A stretch of DNA of 64,000 nt, from contig JAOKVV010000003.1 of NCBI GenBank assembly GCA_028336925.1, positions 21,818 to 85,817 on the forward strand, in the 5' to 3' direction. A model generated the notes under the pieces. The model saw only the letters and a list, made by a program, of their open reading frames with translations. It had not been told where the DNA came from and made no database searches. Both the position numbers and the translations under genes were made by a program. The DNA comes from Vicingaceae bacterium (GTDB lineage Bacteria; Bacteroidota; Bacteroidia; Flavobacteriales_E; Vicingaceae). Position 1 is the first letter of the stretch. The number at the start of each line of letters is the position of its first letter. Of this stretch, positions 28,301 through 37,634 are shown piece by piece.

Positions 28301-29402
28301 AAGTTTAACGTTATCGAAAAGCGTAATTACTTTGGGTCCTAATAATGCTAGCTCTGATAACTTTGATGTATTATCAAATGTAGACTGGTCTTTATCTGGT
28401 ATTCCTGCTTGGTTGAATTTAACCCCGATTAGTGGTGTAAACAATAGTAATATTTCAGTAACAACACAATCAGCAAATAATTCAGGAACAGTAAGAACTG
28501 TCACTATAAATGCAATCTCTACAAATCCACTAGCCCCTTCAAGAAGTATTATAATCAACCAATTAGATGGCTCATCTCCTTATCTAGGAACATCTATTGA
28601 CACTGTAATTCTTTCGCAATTTCAAGGAAGTACAAATTCATTTAACGTGTTATCAAATGTAACTTGGACTGCTCAGGAAGGACTAACTTGGCTACTACTT
28701 GGACCGTCAAATGGGGTAAATAATGCAACAATAACGCTACAAACAAGCAGTTCAAACCTTTCCACTTCTGCAAGAAGCGGAGACGTAACAATACTTTCAT
28801 CGGGCCTACCTTCGAAGGTAGTTCATATTATACAAGAGCCAACATTACCAAATCTTGGAGTAAGCAGAACTGATTTATTCTTAGCCGGGGCGGCAAATAG
28901 CACTTCAAGCTTCAGTGTGTTAGGCAACACCTCAAATTGGACGATTACAAATGGCTCTAGTTGGCTGAATATATCGCCAAACACAGGTTCATTTACAAGG
29001 CAAATTACGGTATCTGCAAACTCAGATAATACAGGTCAGGAAAGAAAGGATACTCTTTATATTAGTGCAATGGGAGCAGCAACTAGGGTAGTTATCGTAA
29101 CTCAAGATAGTATGGCCTCAATTGGAATTAATGAAATCCAGTTAGCAGACAATCTAAGTATATATCCTAATCCTACACTAGGAGTTGTAACAGTAAAGAT
29201 TGATGAAAATTTAAGTTTTAATGATTACCAAATCAAGGTGACTAACGTTCTTGGTTCACAGATTGGAGTAAGTACAAACTTCGTAGCATCAAACGTTGTT
29301 CAATTAGACATAACAGGAAATAGAAGTGGAATCTACTTTTTAACCATAGACAATGGTAAGAAGAGGGTTGTTAAGAAAATTTCGCTGATCGAATCATTCT
29401 AA
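22362..29402 (+). CDS. M6 family (immune inhibitor A-like) metalloprotease with 10 CUB domains, 6 BACON-like domains and T9SS sorting domain
   Basis: Signal peptide, QPDG prodomain, IWSHRW, zinc motif HEFGHNLGLPD, EYFLLENRQ, CUB repeats C.G.TTL...Y..N..C.WLIQP...GW...Y, W-x-W BACON-like repeats, IYPNPT...SGIYFL...KKI. Confidence 0.9.
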   Translation: MKQLLTLCLSIMISVTASFAQHTHHHLTGPTNCSSSPLPMDVLQPDGKTVTVVSKGNMSHYWTETEDGYTVVSVNNALEYATKVGNDLIGTGVLAHNAQDRILGEIALVSAISKSLQPAVRNLKNTPLNYTPNGSKTYPTTGNIRVLALLIDYPDLPSQYTVADLQSLLTNPNHRSGDGSFKSFYTDASFNQLSITVDVMGWYRAQNNYAYYSDSAGTARAAKLVREAVDAAETAGANFANYDNDNDGDVDGILVVHSGPGAETGIPNRNRHIWSHRWVMSGGSSIPGGGSVTYDGKFINDYMINPETRGTLTNPRLVGIGVFCHEFGHNLGLPDLYDTDASNGDSEGVGNWAVMAGGTWLGGEHRPGGFCAWSKEDLGWITPTALTTNSTGTYSLKPAGNNQNTILKITTSEPTEYFLLENRQKIGRDLELPGHGLAIWHINTTKTNSFGNRVNGDETLKGVDLEEADGLADLDNEVNRGDGGDVYPGTTNKTDFNNTSNPNSQLYNNSNSGLIVRNITERGDSIILTLGAAAATCSGLTTLTTPSGSFDDGSGMMANYDDNQNCTWLIQPTAATSITLNFNNFSTETSNDEVRVYDGNSSSATLLGTFSGLSQTIPAITSTGGALFIEFTTNNSITEAGWDVSYTSVTPPTATCSGLTTLTAASGTFEDGSSINDYTNNLSCTWLIQPTGASSITLNFSAFSTATNDVVNVYDGPSVASTLIGTYNGLNQFIPTINSTGGALFIEFITNSSVTEAGWDANYTSTNPPIATCSGTTTLTSSTGVFDDGSATANYTDNLSCQWLIQPAAATSITLSFSAFDTETTNDVVNIYDGSATSATLLGSFSGNSVPNSVTSTGGAMLVEFSTNSSVTSGGWNANYTSTATSTPPTCSGLTTLTATTGFFDDGSGPSANYGDNSNCSWLIQPTGATSISLTFPLFFTEATNDVVNVYDGASNTTSLIGSYSGTSAPATIISTGGSLFIEFITNGSIVNTGWDAFYSSTGSTPTCSGLTTLTTPTGSFNDGSGLSNYTNNLACTWLVQPIGATNINANFTTLLTELNNDIVNIYDGTSNTAPLIGTYSGSSLPPSFTANSGAMFIEFITNGSVVNQGWNINYSSIIAPPVLCSGTTTLTANTGSFSDGSGNSNYLDNTNCSWLIQPTNGQNVVLNFTNFDTENNFDVVEIYDGLNTSSPLLASYSGNGIPASVTSSGPNMFVRFSSDFTITRQGWDANYVTTTSSGSGCSGLTTLVAPTGIITDGSGTGNYGNNSNCSWLIQPAGAISVTAAFNALNTQVFTDQVFLYDGLNATGTLIGSFSGSNIPSGTFTANSGSMFIQFTTDNSIVDQGWEISYNSTVIPPTQFCNGLTTLVSNNGSFSDGSGANNYVENSNCEWLIQPANGLPITLNFTSFDTEQGFDQVNVYDGSSITSTLIGSFSGNTLPPSVTSSGGNLLVVFSSDPSVNAAGWDANYTTSTSSASCSGLTTLTAVTGTVSDGSGAANYSDNLACTWLIQPSGATTVTALFLTLNTEINNDQVIIYDGSSNTSPVIGSYSGTTAPLTPIVASSGSMFIEFLTNGSIVDQGWDIIWTATTPPPAGPCSGLTNLTANNGAFSDGSGTNNYANNSNCEWLIQPVNGQPITLNFTAFDLEQGFDQVNVYDGTSVTAPLLGRFSGNTIPPSITSTAGDMFVVFNSDGFINGLGWDANYITSSTSPTITLNPDTMFLASGAGSNGVFNINATTSWTITDDATWLITAAINGSGGRTSNALALTANTGADRIAKVICRGPLGIYDSMIVVQAGIAAPQLSVSPKNITIAAPNGSNGSVTITANTSWSASTLANWMAITPSSGNGNSSTTIEATSTNSGAARSGLVIFEDFTRSIRDTVFVTQDAAGPFIDLDNGPISLGFASGSNSTFNLASNVSWTITNNAPWLSISPISGSNNGTLTATTISDNTTGVNRSVWIFASDGTISDSIEVIQLNGTSPSLTLSKSVITLGPNNASSDNFDVLSNVDWSLSGIPAWLNLTPISGVNNSNISVTTQSANNSGTVRTVTINAISTNPLAPSRSIIINQLDGSSPYLGTSIDTVILSQFQGSTNSFNVLSNVTWTAQEGLTWLLLGPSNGVNNATITLQTSSSNLSTSARSGDVTILSSGLPSKVVHIIQEPTLPNLGVSRTDLFLAGAANSTSSFSVLGNTSNWTITNGSSWLNISPNTGSFTRQITVSANSDNTGQERKDTLYISAMGAATRVVIVTQDSMASIGINEIQLADNLSIYPNPTLGVVTVKIDENLSFNDYQIKVTNVLGSQIGVSTNFVASNVVQLDITGNRSGIYFLTIDNGKKRVVKKISLIESF
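23970..27476 (+). repeat. Ten tandem ~350-bp intragenic CUB-domain repeats
   Basis: Ten recurrences of C(S/N)G(L/T)T(T/N)L and C.WL(I/V)QP counted in the translation. Confidence 0.9.
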
Positions 29403-29419
29403 CCTAATTTAAAGTATAT

Positions 29420-29459
29420 AAAAAAGCCGTTTAGCAACTAGTTGCTAAACGGCTTTTTT
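29420..29459. terminator. Bidirectional Rho-independent terminator (perfect 40-bp palindrome)
   Basis: AAAAAAGCCGTTTAGCAACTAGTTGCTAAACGGCTTTTTT between two convergent genes. Confidence 0.9.
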
Positions 29460-29493
29460 GTTATTTGTAGAAAATACAGATTAGCACTTTTTG

Positions 29494-30684
29494 CTATTTT
29501 CCATCATTTCTAAAAGAAGGAATACCTGTAATATCCATTCCAGTAATTAACAAATGTATGTCATGAGTACCTTCATACGTTACAACAGATTCTAAATTCA
29601 TCATGTGACGCATAATTGAATATTCACCTGTAATACCCATACCTCCATGAATCTGACGAGCTTCTCTAGCAATTTTCAAGGCCATATCTACATTATTTCT
29701 CTTAGCCATAGAAATTTGTGCAGTCGTAGCTTTGCCTTCTTCACGAAGAACTCCCAACCTCCATGTTAATAACTGAGCTTTCGTAATCTCTGTTATCATT
29801 TCAGCTAGCTTCTTTTGTACCAATTGAAATGAAGCAATTGGGCGATCAAATTGAATTCGTTCTTTAGAGTATCTTAGAGCAGAATCATAACAATCCATAG
29901 CAGCTCCAATAGCACCCCATGCAATTCCATAACGAGCAGAATCTAAACAACTCAATGGTGCACCAAGACCAGATCTTCCAGGCAACAAATTTTCTTTTGG
30001 AACCTTCACGTTATCAAAAACTAATTCTCCTGTAATTGAAGCTCTTAACGACCACTTATCCTTAGTTTCGGGAGCTGTAAACCCTTCCATTCCTTTTTCT
30101 ACAAGCAAACCATGAATTCTCCCTGACTCATCTTTTGCCCATACCACGGCAACATCTGCAATTGGAGAGTTGGTAATCCACATTTTTGCACCGTTCAATA
30201 GGTAGTGATCACCATTATCTTTAAAATTGGTAATCATTCCACTAGGATTAGATCCATGATCAGGTTCAGTCAAACCAAAACAACCTATCATCTCACCGGT
30301 AGCCAATTTTGGGAGATACTTCATTTTTTGTTCCTCAGAACCATATTTCCAGATAGGATACATTACTAAAGAACTCTGAACAGAAGCGGCAGAACGAATA
30401 CCAGAATCAACTCGTTCTAGCTCTTGCATTATCAGCCCATAAGTTATCTGATCCAAACCAGCACCACCATATTCCACAGGAATGTAAGGGCCAAAAGCGC
30501 CTACCTCTGCCAAGCCCGGAATCAAATGCTTTGGATATTCTGAACGCTGAGCAAAATCCTCTATTATAGGACTAATGTTTGCTTTTGCATACTCGCGCAC
30601 AGTATCCCTTATTAATTTTTGTTCATCGGTATAAAGCTCATCTAATTGATAATAATCAGGAGCTTGAAATCTATCTGAAGCCAT
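29494..30684 (-). CDS. gcdH: Acyl-CoA dehydrogenase, glutaryl-CoA dehydrogenase type
   Basis: ELERVDSGIRS, GCFGLTEPDHGSNP, GAKMWITNSP, TYEGTHDIH. Confidence 0.88.
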   Translation of the reverse strand: MASDRFQAPDYYQLDELYTDEQKLIRDTVREYAKANISPIIEDFAQRSEYPKHLIPGLAEVGAFGPYIPVEYGGAGLDQITYGLIMQELERVDSGIRSAASVQSSLVMYPIWKYGSEEQKMKYLPKLATGEMIGCFGLTEPDHGSNPSGMITNFKDNGDHYLLNGAKMWITNSPIADVAVVWAKDESGRIHGLLVEKGMEGFTAPETKDKWSLRASITGELVFDNVKVPKENLLPGRSGLGAPLSCLDSARYGIAWGAIGAAMDCYDSALRYSKERIQFDRPIASFQLVQKKLAEMITEITKAQLLTWRLGVLREEGKATTAQISMAKRNNVDMALKIAREARQIHGGMGITGEYSIMRHMMNLESVVTYEGTHDIHLLITGMDITGIPSFRNDGK

Positions 30685-30814
30685 ATCTAATTTTTAAATT
30701 ATTCTACAAAATTAATTAATCTAACGCTAACGAATTGGACTTTTGTTAATGAATAACAGCTTTTACTATTGAGCGGTTCAATTTATCGGCTTATTTTTGC
30801 ATAATAATTTATCT

Positions 30815-31801
30815 ATGCATCTTCAATTGACTCATGATAGCACTAATTTCGAAGTGCCCTTCCTTTGGAATAATACTAGTATTAAAGTTGATAGTGCAAA
30901 TCCTAAAACGATAGGCATAGATACAGAGTTTAAGAAGCTGCAAGAAAAATCAGCTAAACCACAAAAAATTGCCCAAAATCTTCAGCAAACTGACTTATTA
31001 GATGTCGTTGTTAATGACAATGACAGCATAGCAATTGTTCTGCCATTTACCCGTGAACCTGTTCCAATTGATTATCTAAAATTAGATAGCTTAACCACCA
31101 TCCTTAAATTCAACACTTCGCATAAACCTAAAGTATATTTTACAGGAAAAAAAAGAAATGAGGAGGAATATGATTCTTGGCAATGGATATTTATTTTGTT
31201 AGCAATAGCGCTGATAGGAGCAACACGCGCATTTAACCATAAAAGATTTATAGAATATATAAATGCTATCTTCAGTAGAAATGCTAGTGCGCAAATAATA
31301 CGCAATGAAAAGGTATATGGTCATAGAGCTCATCTTTTTCTAACAGGTGCATACTTTTTGATAGCAGGGTTAATGGGGTTACAGATAGCAGAATTCATAA
31401 TACCAATACCTGAATTAAAACAGCTTACATATTACATAATCGCGGTTATAATTCTAATTACTTCTCATCTTTTCAAGATATTACTGCACAAAATACTAGC
31501 AGCAATACTCTCATTCGAAGCCATGGTAGACGAGTACATTTTCGCCATATCATTGTATAATGTTGCAACCTTATTTTTACTTTTGCCTAACATTTTAATT
31601 TTGTCTTACGGGCCATTGGAATTTAAGTCATTAATATTAAGTATTTCTGGAATAATGATTGGAATTGGGATATCTGCAAGGATATTTAGAGGTCTGCAAA
31701 TAGGAATAAATAGTCAAGCAAATATCATCTATTTATTTTTGTATCTTTGCACCCTTGAAATTTTACCGTTAATAATTGTCTTCAAAATACTATTTAATTA
31801 G
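30815..31801 (+). CDS. DUF4271 family membrane protein
   Basis: C-terminal YLFLYLCTLEILP motif, position upstream of hemD. ATG 30815 preferred because track start 30797 overlaps a -7 box (TATTTTTG, 30792-30799). Confidence 0.8.
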   Translation: MHLQLTHDSTNFEVPFLWNNTSIKVDSANPKTIGIDTEFKKLQEKSAKPQKIAQNLQQTDLLDVVVNDNDSIAIVLPFTREPVPIDYLKLDSLTTILKFNTSHKPKVYFTGKKRNEEEYDSWQWIFILLAIALIGATRAFNHKRFIEYINAIFSRNASAQIIRNEKVYGHRAHLFLTGAYFLIAGLMGLQIAEFIIPIPELKQLTYYIIAVIILITSHLFKILLHKILAAILSFEAMVDEYIFAISLYNVATLFLLLPNILILSYGPLEFKSLILSISGIMIGIGISARIFRGLQIGINSQANIIYLFLYLCTLEILPLIIVFKILFN

Positions 31802-31847
31802 ACATTCAAGTCATTAACAATAAAGTATTAACTCAAATCCACTCCCC

Positions 31848-32594
31848 TTGAAAGTAAAAACTATCTTAGTTTCACAGCCAAAACCAGACACTGATAAATC
31901 ACCGTATTTTGACCTATCTGATAAATGCAAGGTAAAAATTGATTTTAGACCATTTATTCACGTTGAAGGTATTCCTTCAAAAGACTTTAGACAAGACAAA
32001 ATCACAATTTTAGATCATACCGCTATTATATTTACAAGTAGAAACGCTGTTGATCATTTTTTCAGAATTTGCGAAGAGTTAAGAATAACGGTTCCAGATT
32101 CTATGAAGTATTTCTGTATATCAGAATCAACTGCATATTATTTACAGAAATACGTGGTTTACAGAAAGCGAAAAATCTTTCACGGAAGGCAAACGTTTGG
32201 CGATTTAATGGAGCTAATTAAAAAACACAAAACTGAAAAGTACCTTTTACCTTGCTCTGATATTCTAAAGCCAGAAATACCTGAACTTTTAGATGCAAGC
32301 AAAATAACCTACACATCAGCAACATTATACCAAACCGTTTGCAGTGATTTATCGGACTTAGCTGATGTTAATTATGATGTATTGGTATTCTTTAGCCCTG
32401 CAGGGATTAAATCGTTATTCCAAAACTTCCCAGAGTTTAAGCAAAATGACACTCGAATTGCCGTTTTTGGACCTACAACAGCAAAAGCTGCTGAAAGTGC
32501 CGGATTAAAAATTAACATTGCTGCCCCACAACCTGAAGCACCATCAATGACCATGGCATTGGAGCAATACATTAAAAAGATAAATAAAAAGTAA
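31848..32594 (+). CDS. hemD: Uroporphyrinogen-III synthase
   Basis: Bacteroidota-type KVKTILVSQP, IIFTSRNAVDHFF, VFFSPAGI; TTG start. Confidence 0.88.
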   Translation: MKVKTILVSQPKPDTDKSPYFDLSDKCKVKIDFRPFIHVEGIPSKDFRQDKITILDHTAIIFTSRNAVDHFFRICEELRITVPDSMKYFCISESTAYYLQKYVVYRKRKIFHGRQTFGDLMELIKKHKTEKYLLPCSDILKPEIPELLDASKITYTSATLYQTVCSDLSDLADVNYDVLVFFSPAGIKSLFQNFPEFKQNDTRIAVFGPTTAKAAESAGLKINIAAPQPEAPSMTMALEQYIKKINKK

Positions 32595-32613
32595 CTTTTA
32601 TAGCTATAAATAT

Positions 32614-32647
32614 AAAAGAGGCAGGTGATACACTTGCCTCTTTTTTT
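32614..32647 (+). terminator. Rho-independent terminator after hemD
   Basis: AAAAGAGGCAGGTG-ATA-CACTTGCCTC followed by T7. Confidence 0.85.
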
Positions 32648-32660
32648 GTTTCTTTACATT

Positions 32661-33050
32661 ATGTCGGTGGTAGAATTTAGAAAAGAAGAGCGATTGTGCA
32701 GCAGAACAGCAATCAATGAGTTATTCAAAAGTGGCAAAACATTTGTAGTTTACCCGTATAAGGTAGTTTACCTGCAGACCTCTTCTAATAAATCTTCCAC
32801 TAAAATACTCATCACAATCCCAAAAAGAAATTTTAAGAAAGCTGCTGATAGAAATCGATTAAAAAGAAGAACAAAAGAAGCTTATCGACTTAATAAACAA
32901 TCACTTTACAGCTACTTAGAGTCCAAACCATTTAGTTTAACCATCGGACTTATTTATATAGGAAGTAAAGAAGAAGAATATAATGAACTTTGCCCTAAAA
33001 TAATCTTAATTTTAAACCGTTTGAAGGTTGTAAATGAATCGATTTCTTAG
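32661..33050 (+). CDS. rnpA: Ribonuclease P protein component
   Basis: FRKEERL and [18 protein letters not shown] (RNR motif). ATG 32661 used because the track start lies inside the terminator. Confidence 0.92.
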   Translation: MSVVEFRKEERLCSRTAINELFKSGKTFVVYPYKVVYLQTSSNKSSTKILITIPKRNFKKAADRNRLKRRTKEAYRLNKQSLYSYLESKPFSLTIGLIYIGSKEEEYNELCPKIILILNRLKVVNESIS

Positions 33051-33270
33051 TCAAATATTTATCGTTCTTATTCGAATTTACCAATACACAATATCGCCAA
33101 TTTTAGGCGCTAATTGTCGTTATACTCCCACATGCTCGCAATATAGTATAGATGCATTTAAGATACATGGTCCTTTCAAAGGATTATATCTATCAGTGAA
33201 ACGAATAATTAGCTGTAACCCTTGGGGAGGCCACGGACATCAACCCGTACCAAAAAAGTTTAAATTTTAA
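33034..33270 (+). CDS. yidD: Membrane protein insertion efficiency factor
   Basis: YQYTISP...[10 protein letters not shown]...[10 protein letters not shown]. Confidence 0.95.
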   Translation: MNRFLSQIFIVLIRIYQYTISPILGANCRYTPTCSQYSIDAFKIHGPFKGLYLSVKRIISCNPWGGHGHQPVPKKFKF

Positions 33271-33273
33271 CAC

Positions 33274-34938
33274 ATGAAAAAAATCAAACTATTCATCTCA
33301 GCAGCAGCTATCGGAGTTGCAGGATTTCTAAGCGTTGGTTTTGCCGATAGTTATTTCGAATTATCGAAAAACCTCGACATTTTCGCCACTCTATATAAAG
33401 AAGTGAATACTTATTATGTAGATGAGACGAAACCTGGCGAATTGATGAAGACAGGTATTGACGCCATGTTAAAATCGCTAGATCCATACACCAACTTTAT
33501 TCCTGAGTCTCAAATTGAAGATTTTAAATTCATGACTACTGGCCAGTATGGCGGAATAGGCGCTTTAATCCATAAAGAAGGTGAACATGTAGTCATCTCA
33601 GAACCCTACGAAGGTTTTCCTGCCTATACTTCAGGCCTAATGGCGGGTGACATTTTACTTGAAGTTGATGGAAAGAAGGTAGAAGGAAAGTCGACAAGTG
33701 ATATCAGTGAAGCACTAAAAGGTCAACCAAACACATCGCTAAAAGTAGTAATACGACGCCCGGGCACTAAAGAAAATATCGAAAAAGAGTTGGTTAGAAA
33801 AGAGATTAAAATTGATGATGTTCCTTATGCAGGAATGCTAAACGAAAAAGTTGGATATATACGACTTACTAGTTTTACCCAGACTGCAGGACAACAATTT
33901 ATCGGAGCACTTACAAAACTAAAGGAAGAGGATAGCGCACAAGCTATTATATTTGATTTACGTGGTAATGGTGGAGGTTTATTAAACCAGTCGATTAATA
34001 TTGTAAACGCTTTTGTACCAAAAGGGACTATAGTTGTTCAGACCAAAGGCAAAATCAGCGAATGGGATGCTACCTATGCAACCTTAAACAATCCGATTGA
34101 TACTGAAATGCCTGTGGTTGTATTAGTTGATGACCGCTCAGCGTCAGCATCTGAAATTGTATCAGGCGCCCTACAAGATTTAGATAGAGCTGTAATTATT
34201 GGCGATCGAACTTTTGGAAAAGGCTTAGTTCAACAAACTAGAAGACTAAGTTATAATGCGCAGCTAAAAGTAACGGTAGCTAAATATTATATTCCAAGTG
34301 GACGGTGCATTCAAAAATTAAATTATTCTGATAGAGATGAGGATGGCGATGCAATTGCTGTTGCAGATTCCTTAATTGTCCCTTTTAAAACATTGGTTAA
34401 TAAGAGAACAGTTTATGATGGTAAAGGAATAAATCCAGACATCAAAATTGAAGAAAAAGACATCAGTAATATAACTGCTGTATTGGTGCGAAACTTCCAC
34501 ATCTTTGATTATGCTACACAATACAGACTGTCGCACAATTCAATTGCTGAGGCAGATCAATTTTTTCTATCAGATGACGAATATAATTCCTTTGTAAATT
34601 CACTCAAGGATAAAGACATTAATTACGAAACTGAGACTGAAAAGCAACTTAGAAAGTTGAAAGAAACAGCTAAAAAAGAAAAGTACTTTAAATATGCAGA
34701 TAAAGAGTACGCAGAGCTCGAAGCTATATTAGTACTTGATAAGAGTGATGATTTAATGAAGTTCAAAGATGAAATTAAAGAAATCCTTGAAAACGAAATT
34801 ATCTCAAGATACTACTACCAAAAAGGCAGAATTATCTCATCTTTAAGCAAGGATCCAAGCATTTCCAAAGCCATTGAAGTACTTGAAAACAAAGAAACTT
34901 ACACGGGGATATTAAACGGTTCAATTAGCGGCAACTAA
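33274..34938 (+). CDS. S41 family C-terminal processing peptidase
   Basis: LDPYT, PDZ GGIG, DLRGNGGG, SASASEI, TFGKGLVQ. Confidence 0.93.
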   Translation: MKKIKLFISAAAIGVAGFLSVGFADSYFELSKNLDIFATLYKEVNTYYVDETKPGELMKTGIDAMLKSLDPYTNFIPESQIEDFKFMTTGQYGGIGALIHKEGEHVVISEPYEGFPAYTSGLMAGDILLEVDGKKVEGKSTSDISEALKGQPNTSLKVVIRRPGTKENIEKELVRKEIKIDDVPYAGMLNEKVGYIRLTSFTQTAGQQFIGALTKLKEEDSAQAIIFDLRGNGGGLLNQSINIVNAFVPKGTIVVQTKGKISEWDATYATLNNPIDTEMPVVVLVDDRSASASEIVSGALQDLDRAVIIGDRTFGKGLVQQTRRLSYNAQLKVTVAKYYIPSGRCIQKLNYSDRDEDGDAIAVADSLIVPFKTLVNKRTVYDGKGINPDIKIEEKDISNITAVLVRNFHIFDYATQYRLSHNSIAEADQFFLSDDEYNSFVNSLKDKDINYETETEKQLRKLKETAKKEKYFKYADKEYAELEAILVLDKSDDLMKFKDEIKEILENEIISRYYYQKGRIISSLSKDPSISKAIEVLENKETYTGILNGSISGN

Positions 34939-34947
34939 TTTTAAACA

Positions 34948-36534
34948 TTGGTGGAAAGAGGCTTATTTAGATGGAAATATTGGAACCATGATTTATTGTA
35001 CATCTTCGGTTGTATGGTTCTTATGGCAGGGTTGCCATGGTCAAACTTTTTAATGAGCCTAGGTCAATTCATCTTGCTAGGGAATTGGATTCTAGAATTT
35101 GATTTGATAGAGAAATCGAAAAAGTACCTTAACAATAAAGTAGCCCTATTAGTAACAACCTTGTTTCTGATTCATGTATTCGGGCTTTTATGGACAAGCG
35201 ATTTTGAATATGCTCTTAAAGACTTAAGAATAAAACTTCCCTTATTATTCCTTCCAATTGTATTCGCTTCTGCTATTCAATTCTCAAAAAAAACCTTTCA
35301 CTTTCTTATCGACTTTTTTATTGTATCCATTTCTATTTCAACCTTTGTAAGCTTTTATAAATACTTAACTATTGAAGACATCGCTTTTTTTGACAAGCGC
35401 AACTTAGCAATCAATATCAGTCATATTCGATTCAGTTTATTAATCTGTTTAGCTGCTTTTTTTAGTCTATATCGATTTTATAAAAACAAAGGATTCATTA
35501 AAATTCCTTATTTAATGATAGCCCTTTGGCTAATTAGTTTCCTATTTATTCTTGAATCCTTTTCAGGCATTGTGATTATATCAATTTTATTACCAACAAT
35601 AACTGTCCTCTATGCTCTAAGGATTAATAATAAGGTAAGAAGAATCATTTCCTCAACTTTTATTATTGCTTTTACTGCTGTGGTGGTTACAACGCTTATA
35701 TGGCGAATTAAAGAATATCAATTTAGCCCTATTGCTAATCAAAAAATGCTTGACGTTACAGAGATTGGAAGTCCCTATTTCCATGACACTACCGCATGGA
35801 GTTTCAAACAATTAGAAAATGGACATTACATTTATCAAAATGTTGCATACTGGGAGCTTGAGGACGCTTGGAATGAAGTTAGTACAATTCCTTATTCAGG
35901 TAAAGATGCAAACGGAGATAAATTATACATCACGTTAATACGATTTATTACATCGAAAGGTGAACCTAAAAATAAAGCGACCATATTAAGCTTAAACCAA
36001 AAAGAAATAAAAGCGATTGAAGCAGGAGTTGCTAATATAAATTACTTGAAGAACCCTGCAGTAGCTAGAATTGATAAAATTATTTGGGAATTTGATTCTT
36101 ACTCCAAGGGTCTAGGTACAAGCGGGCATTCGGTTGCATCTCGAATTGTATACTGGAAACAAGCATGGAGACTGATTAAAAAAAATATGATTATTGGAGT
36201 AGGAACAGGTGATGTACAAATCGCATTTGAAGAAAGCTATAAACAGTCGAATTCTGGACTTAATGAAACATTTCGATTAAGAGCACATAACCAATACCTT
36301 ACTTTTGGGGTAACCTTTGGAATAATTGGATTAGCTATTATATTGATTATAATTATCTATCCTATTATATTGAACGCAAGAATAAAGGACTACTATTACC
36401 TTATTTTTATATCCATTGCGCTATTGTCAATGATTAATGAAGATACCTTAGAAACACAGGCCGGTGGTACTTTCTTTGCTTTCTTTAATGCCTTTTTACT
36501 ATTTAGTAGAGATTATCTACCTAAAACTTCCTGA
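34948..36534 (+). CDS. O-antigen ligase (Wzy_C)-like membrane protein
   Basis: Multiple TM segments, R..YW..AW, IGVGTGD and AHNQYL motifs; next to glycosyltransferases. Confidence 0.8.
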   Translation: MVERGLFRWKYWNHDLLYIFGCMVLMAGLPWSNFLMSLGQFILLGNWILEFDLIEKSKKYLNNKVALLVTTLFLIHVFGLLWTSDFEYALKDLRIKLPLLFLPIVFASAIQFSKKTFHFLIDFFIVSISISTFVSFYKYLTIEDIAFFDKRNLAINISHIRFSLLICLAAFFSLYRFYKNKGFIKIPYLMIALWLISFLFILESFSGIVIISILLPTITVLYALRINNKVRRIISSTFIIAFTAVVVTTLIWRIKEYQFSPIANQKMLDVTEIGSPYFHDTTAWSFKQLENGHYIYQNVAYWELEDAWNEVSTIPYSGKDANGDKLYITLIRFITSKGEPKNKATILSLNQKEIKAIEAGVANINYLKNPAVARIDKIIWEFDSYSKGLGTSGHSVASRIVYWKQAWRLIKKNMIIGVGTGDVQIAFEESYKQSNSGLNETFRLRAHNQYLTFGVTFGIIGLAIILIIIIYPIILNARIKDYYYLIFISIALLSMINEDTLETQAGGTFFAFFNAFLLFSRDYLPKTS

Positions 36535-37634
36535 TATACTGTAAGTGTTTTCTCTGCGGTTGCTTCTTTAGTATACCAATTTAAAGTCTCTTTTGCTCCT
36601 TTTAATATATCTGTTTTTAATTGCTGATCATTCAACAACCGATCTACTTGTTTAGCAAGTATATCAGCATCTTTTACAGGAGCTATCAACCCACTTTTCT
36701 CATCAATTACAATTTCAGGAATTCCTCCTGCTGCTGTAGCTACTACGGGCACATTACATGCAAAAGCATCTAAAATTGAAGTTCCTAACCCTTCTGTTTT
36801 AGATGTAATTAAGAACACATCCAAATCTTCTAACACTTCCGGGATATCATTTCTAAAACCAGTGAAGGTAATATTTTCAAGCCCTAATTTATCGGCATAA
36901 GTTTTTATTTCTACTTCCATTGGACCTGATCCCATGATTACAAAATAACAATCAGACCGAAGCTTATTTAAAGCAATTGCTGTATCTAAAAAAGTAAAAT
37001 AATCCTTATGATCGGCTAATGCAGATGTATTTCCAATTAATAATTGAGAAGACAAACCCAACTCCACCCTAAGTTTTCCTTTCTTATAGGAACCTTCAAA
37101 TTTTGATAAATCAATTCCAGAGTGCACAGTAATTAATTTTGACTGATCGCTAATATCGACTGCTGTAATCTCTTTTATTTTGTCAGAAACACATACAATC
37201 TTTTTCACACGTTTATGATTGTACTTAAATATTGAAGTCCTACTCTTACTAATCGGGAAATCGACTCTTCTGCTAACTACCAAAGGTGTTTTATTGCCAA
37301 AAATAGCAGCAGCAATGATAGCGAATGTATGCGCGTGAGCATCATGCGTATGGACTAAATCTATAGCTAACTTCTTACAAATAGACTTAATGTTTTTTGA
37401 AAACTTTATGGCCACACCAGTTTTCTTTGGTGCCGTATAATAATTCCATCCATGCTCTTTGCAATATGCCTCCATAACAGAATCAGTTGCGCATAAAATT
37501 ATCTGCTGAACACCTTTCTCTTCTAATTCCGAGTACAAATAAGTAAGCTGCTGTTCTCCTCCTCTCCATGATGGCTCAGAAGATACATGAAGCACCTTGA
37601 TAGGATTTTTGGTAATTTTAAATGGAGTGACCAT
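36513..37634 (-). CDS. Glycosyltransferase family 4
   Basis: WRGGE, HKDY, EGLGTSILDA, GGIPE. Confidence 0.9.
   Translation of the reverse strand: MVTPFKITKNPIKVLHVSSEPSWRGGEQQLTYLYSELEEKGVQQIILCATDSVMEAYCKEHGWNYYTAPKKTGVAIKFSKNIKSICKKLAIDLVHTHDAHAHTFAIIAAAIFGNKTPLVVSRRVDFPISKSRTSIFKYNHKRVKKIVCVSDKIKEITAVDISDQSKLITVHSGIDLSKFEGSYKKGKLRVELGLSSQLLIGNTSALADHKDYFTFLDTAIALNKLRSDCYFVIMGSGPMEVEIKTYADKLGLENITFTGFRNDIPEVLEDLDVFLITSKTEGLGTSILDAFACNVPVVATAAGGIPEIVIDEKSGLIAPVKDADILAKQVDRLLNDQQLKTDILKGAKETLNWYTKEATAEKTLTVYQEVLGR

Noticed and set aside
29420-29459. Perfect 40-bp palindrome as mobile-element end or recombination site
   Set aside because: Position between convergent genes with A and T tails is fully explained by a bidirectional terminator; no second copy seen.
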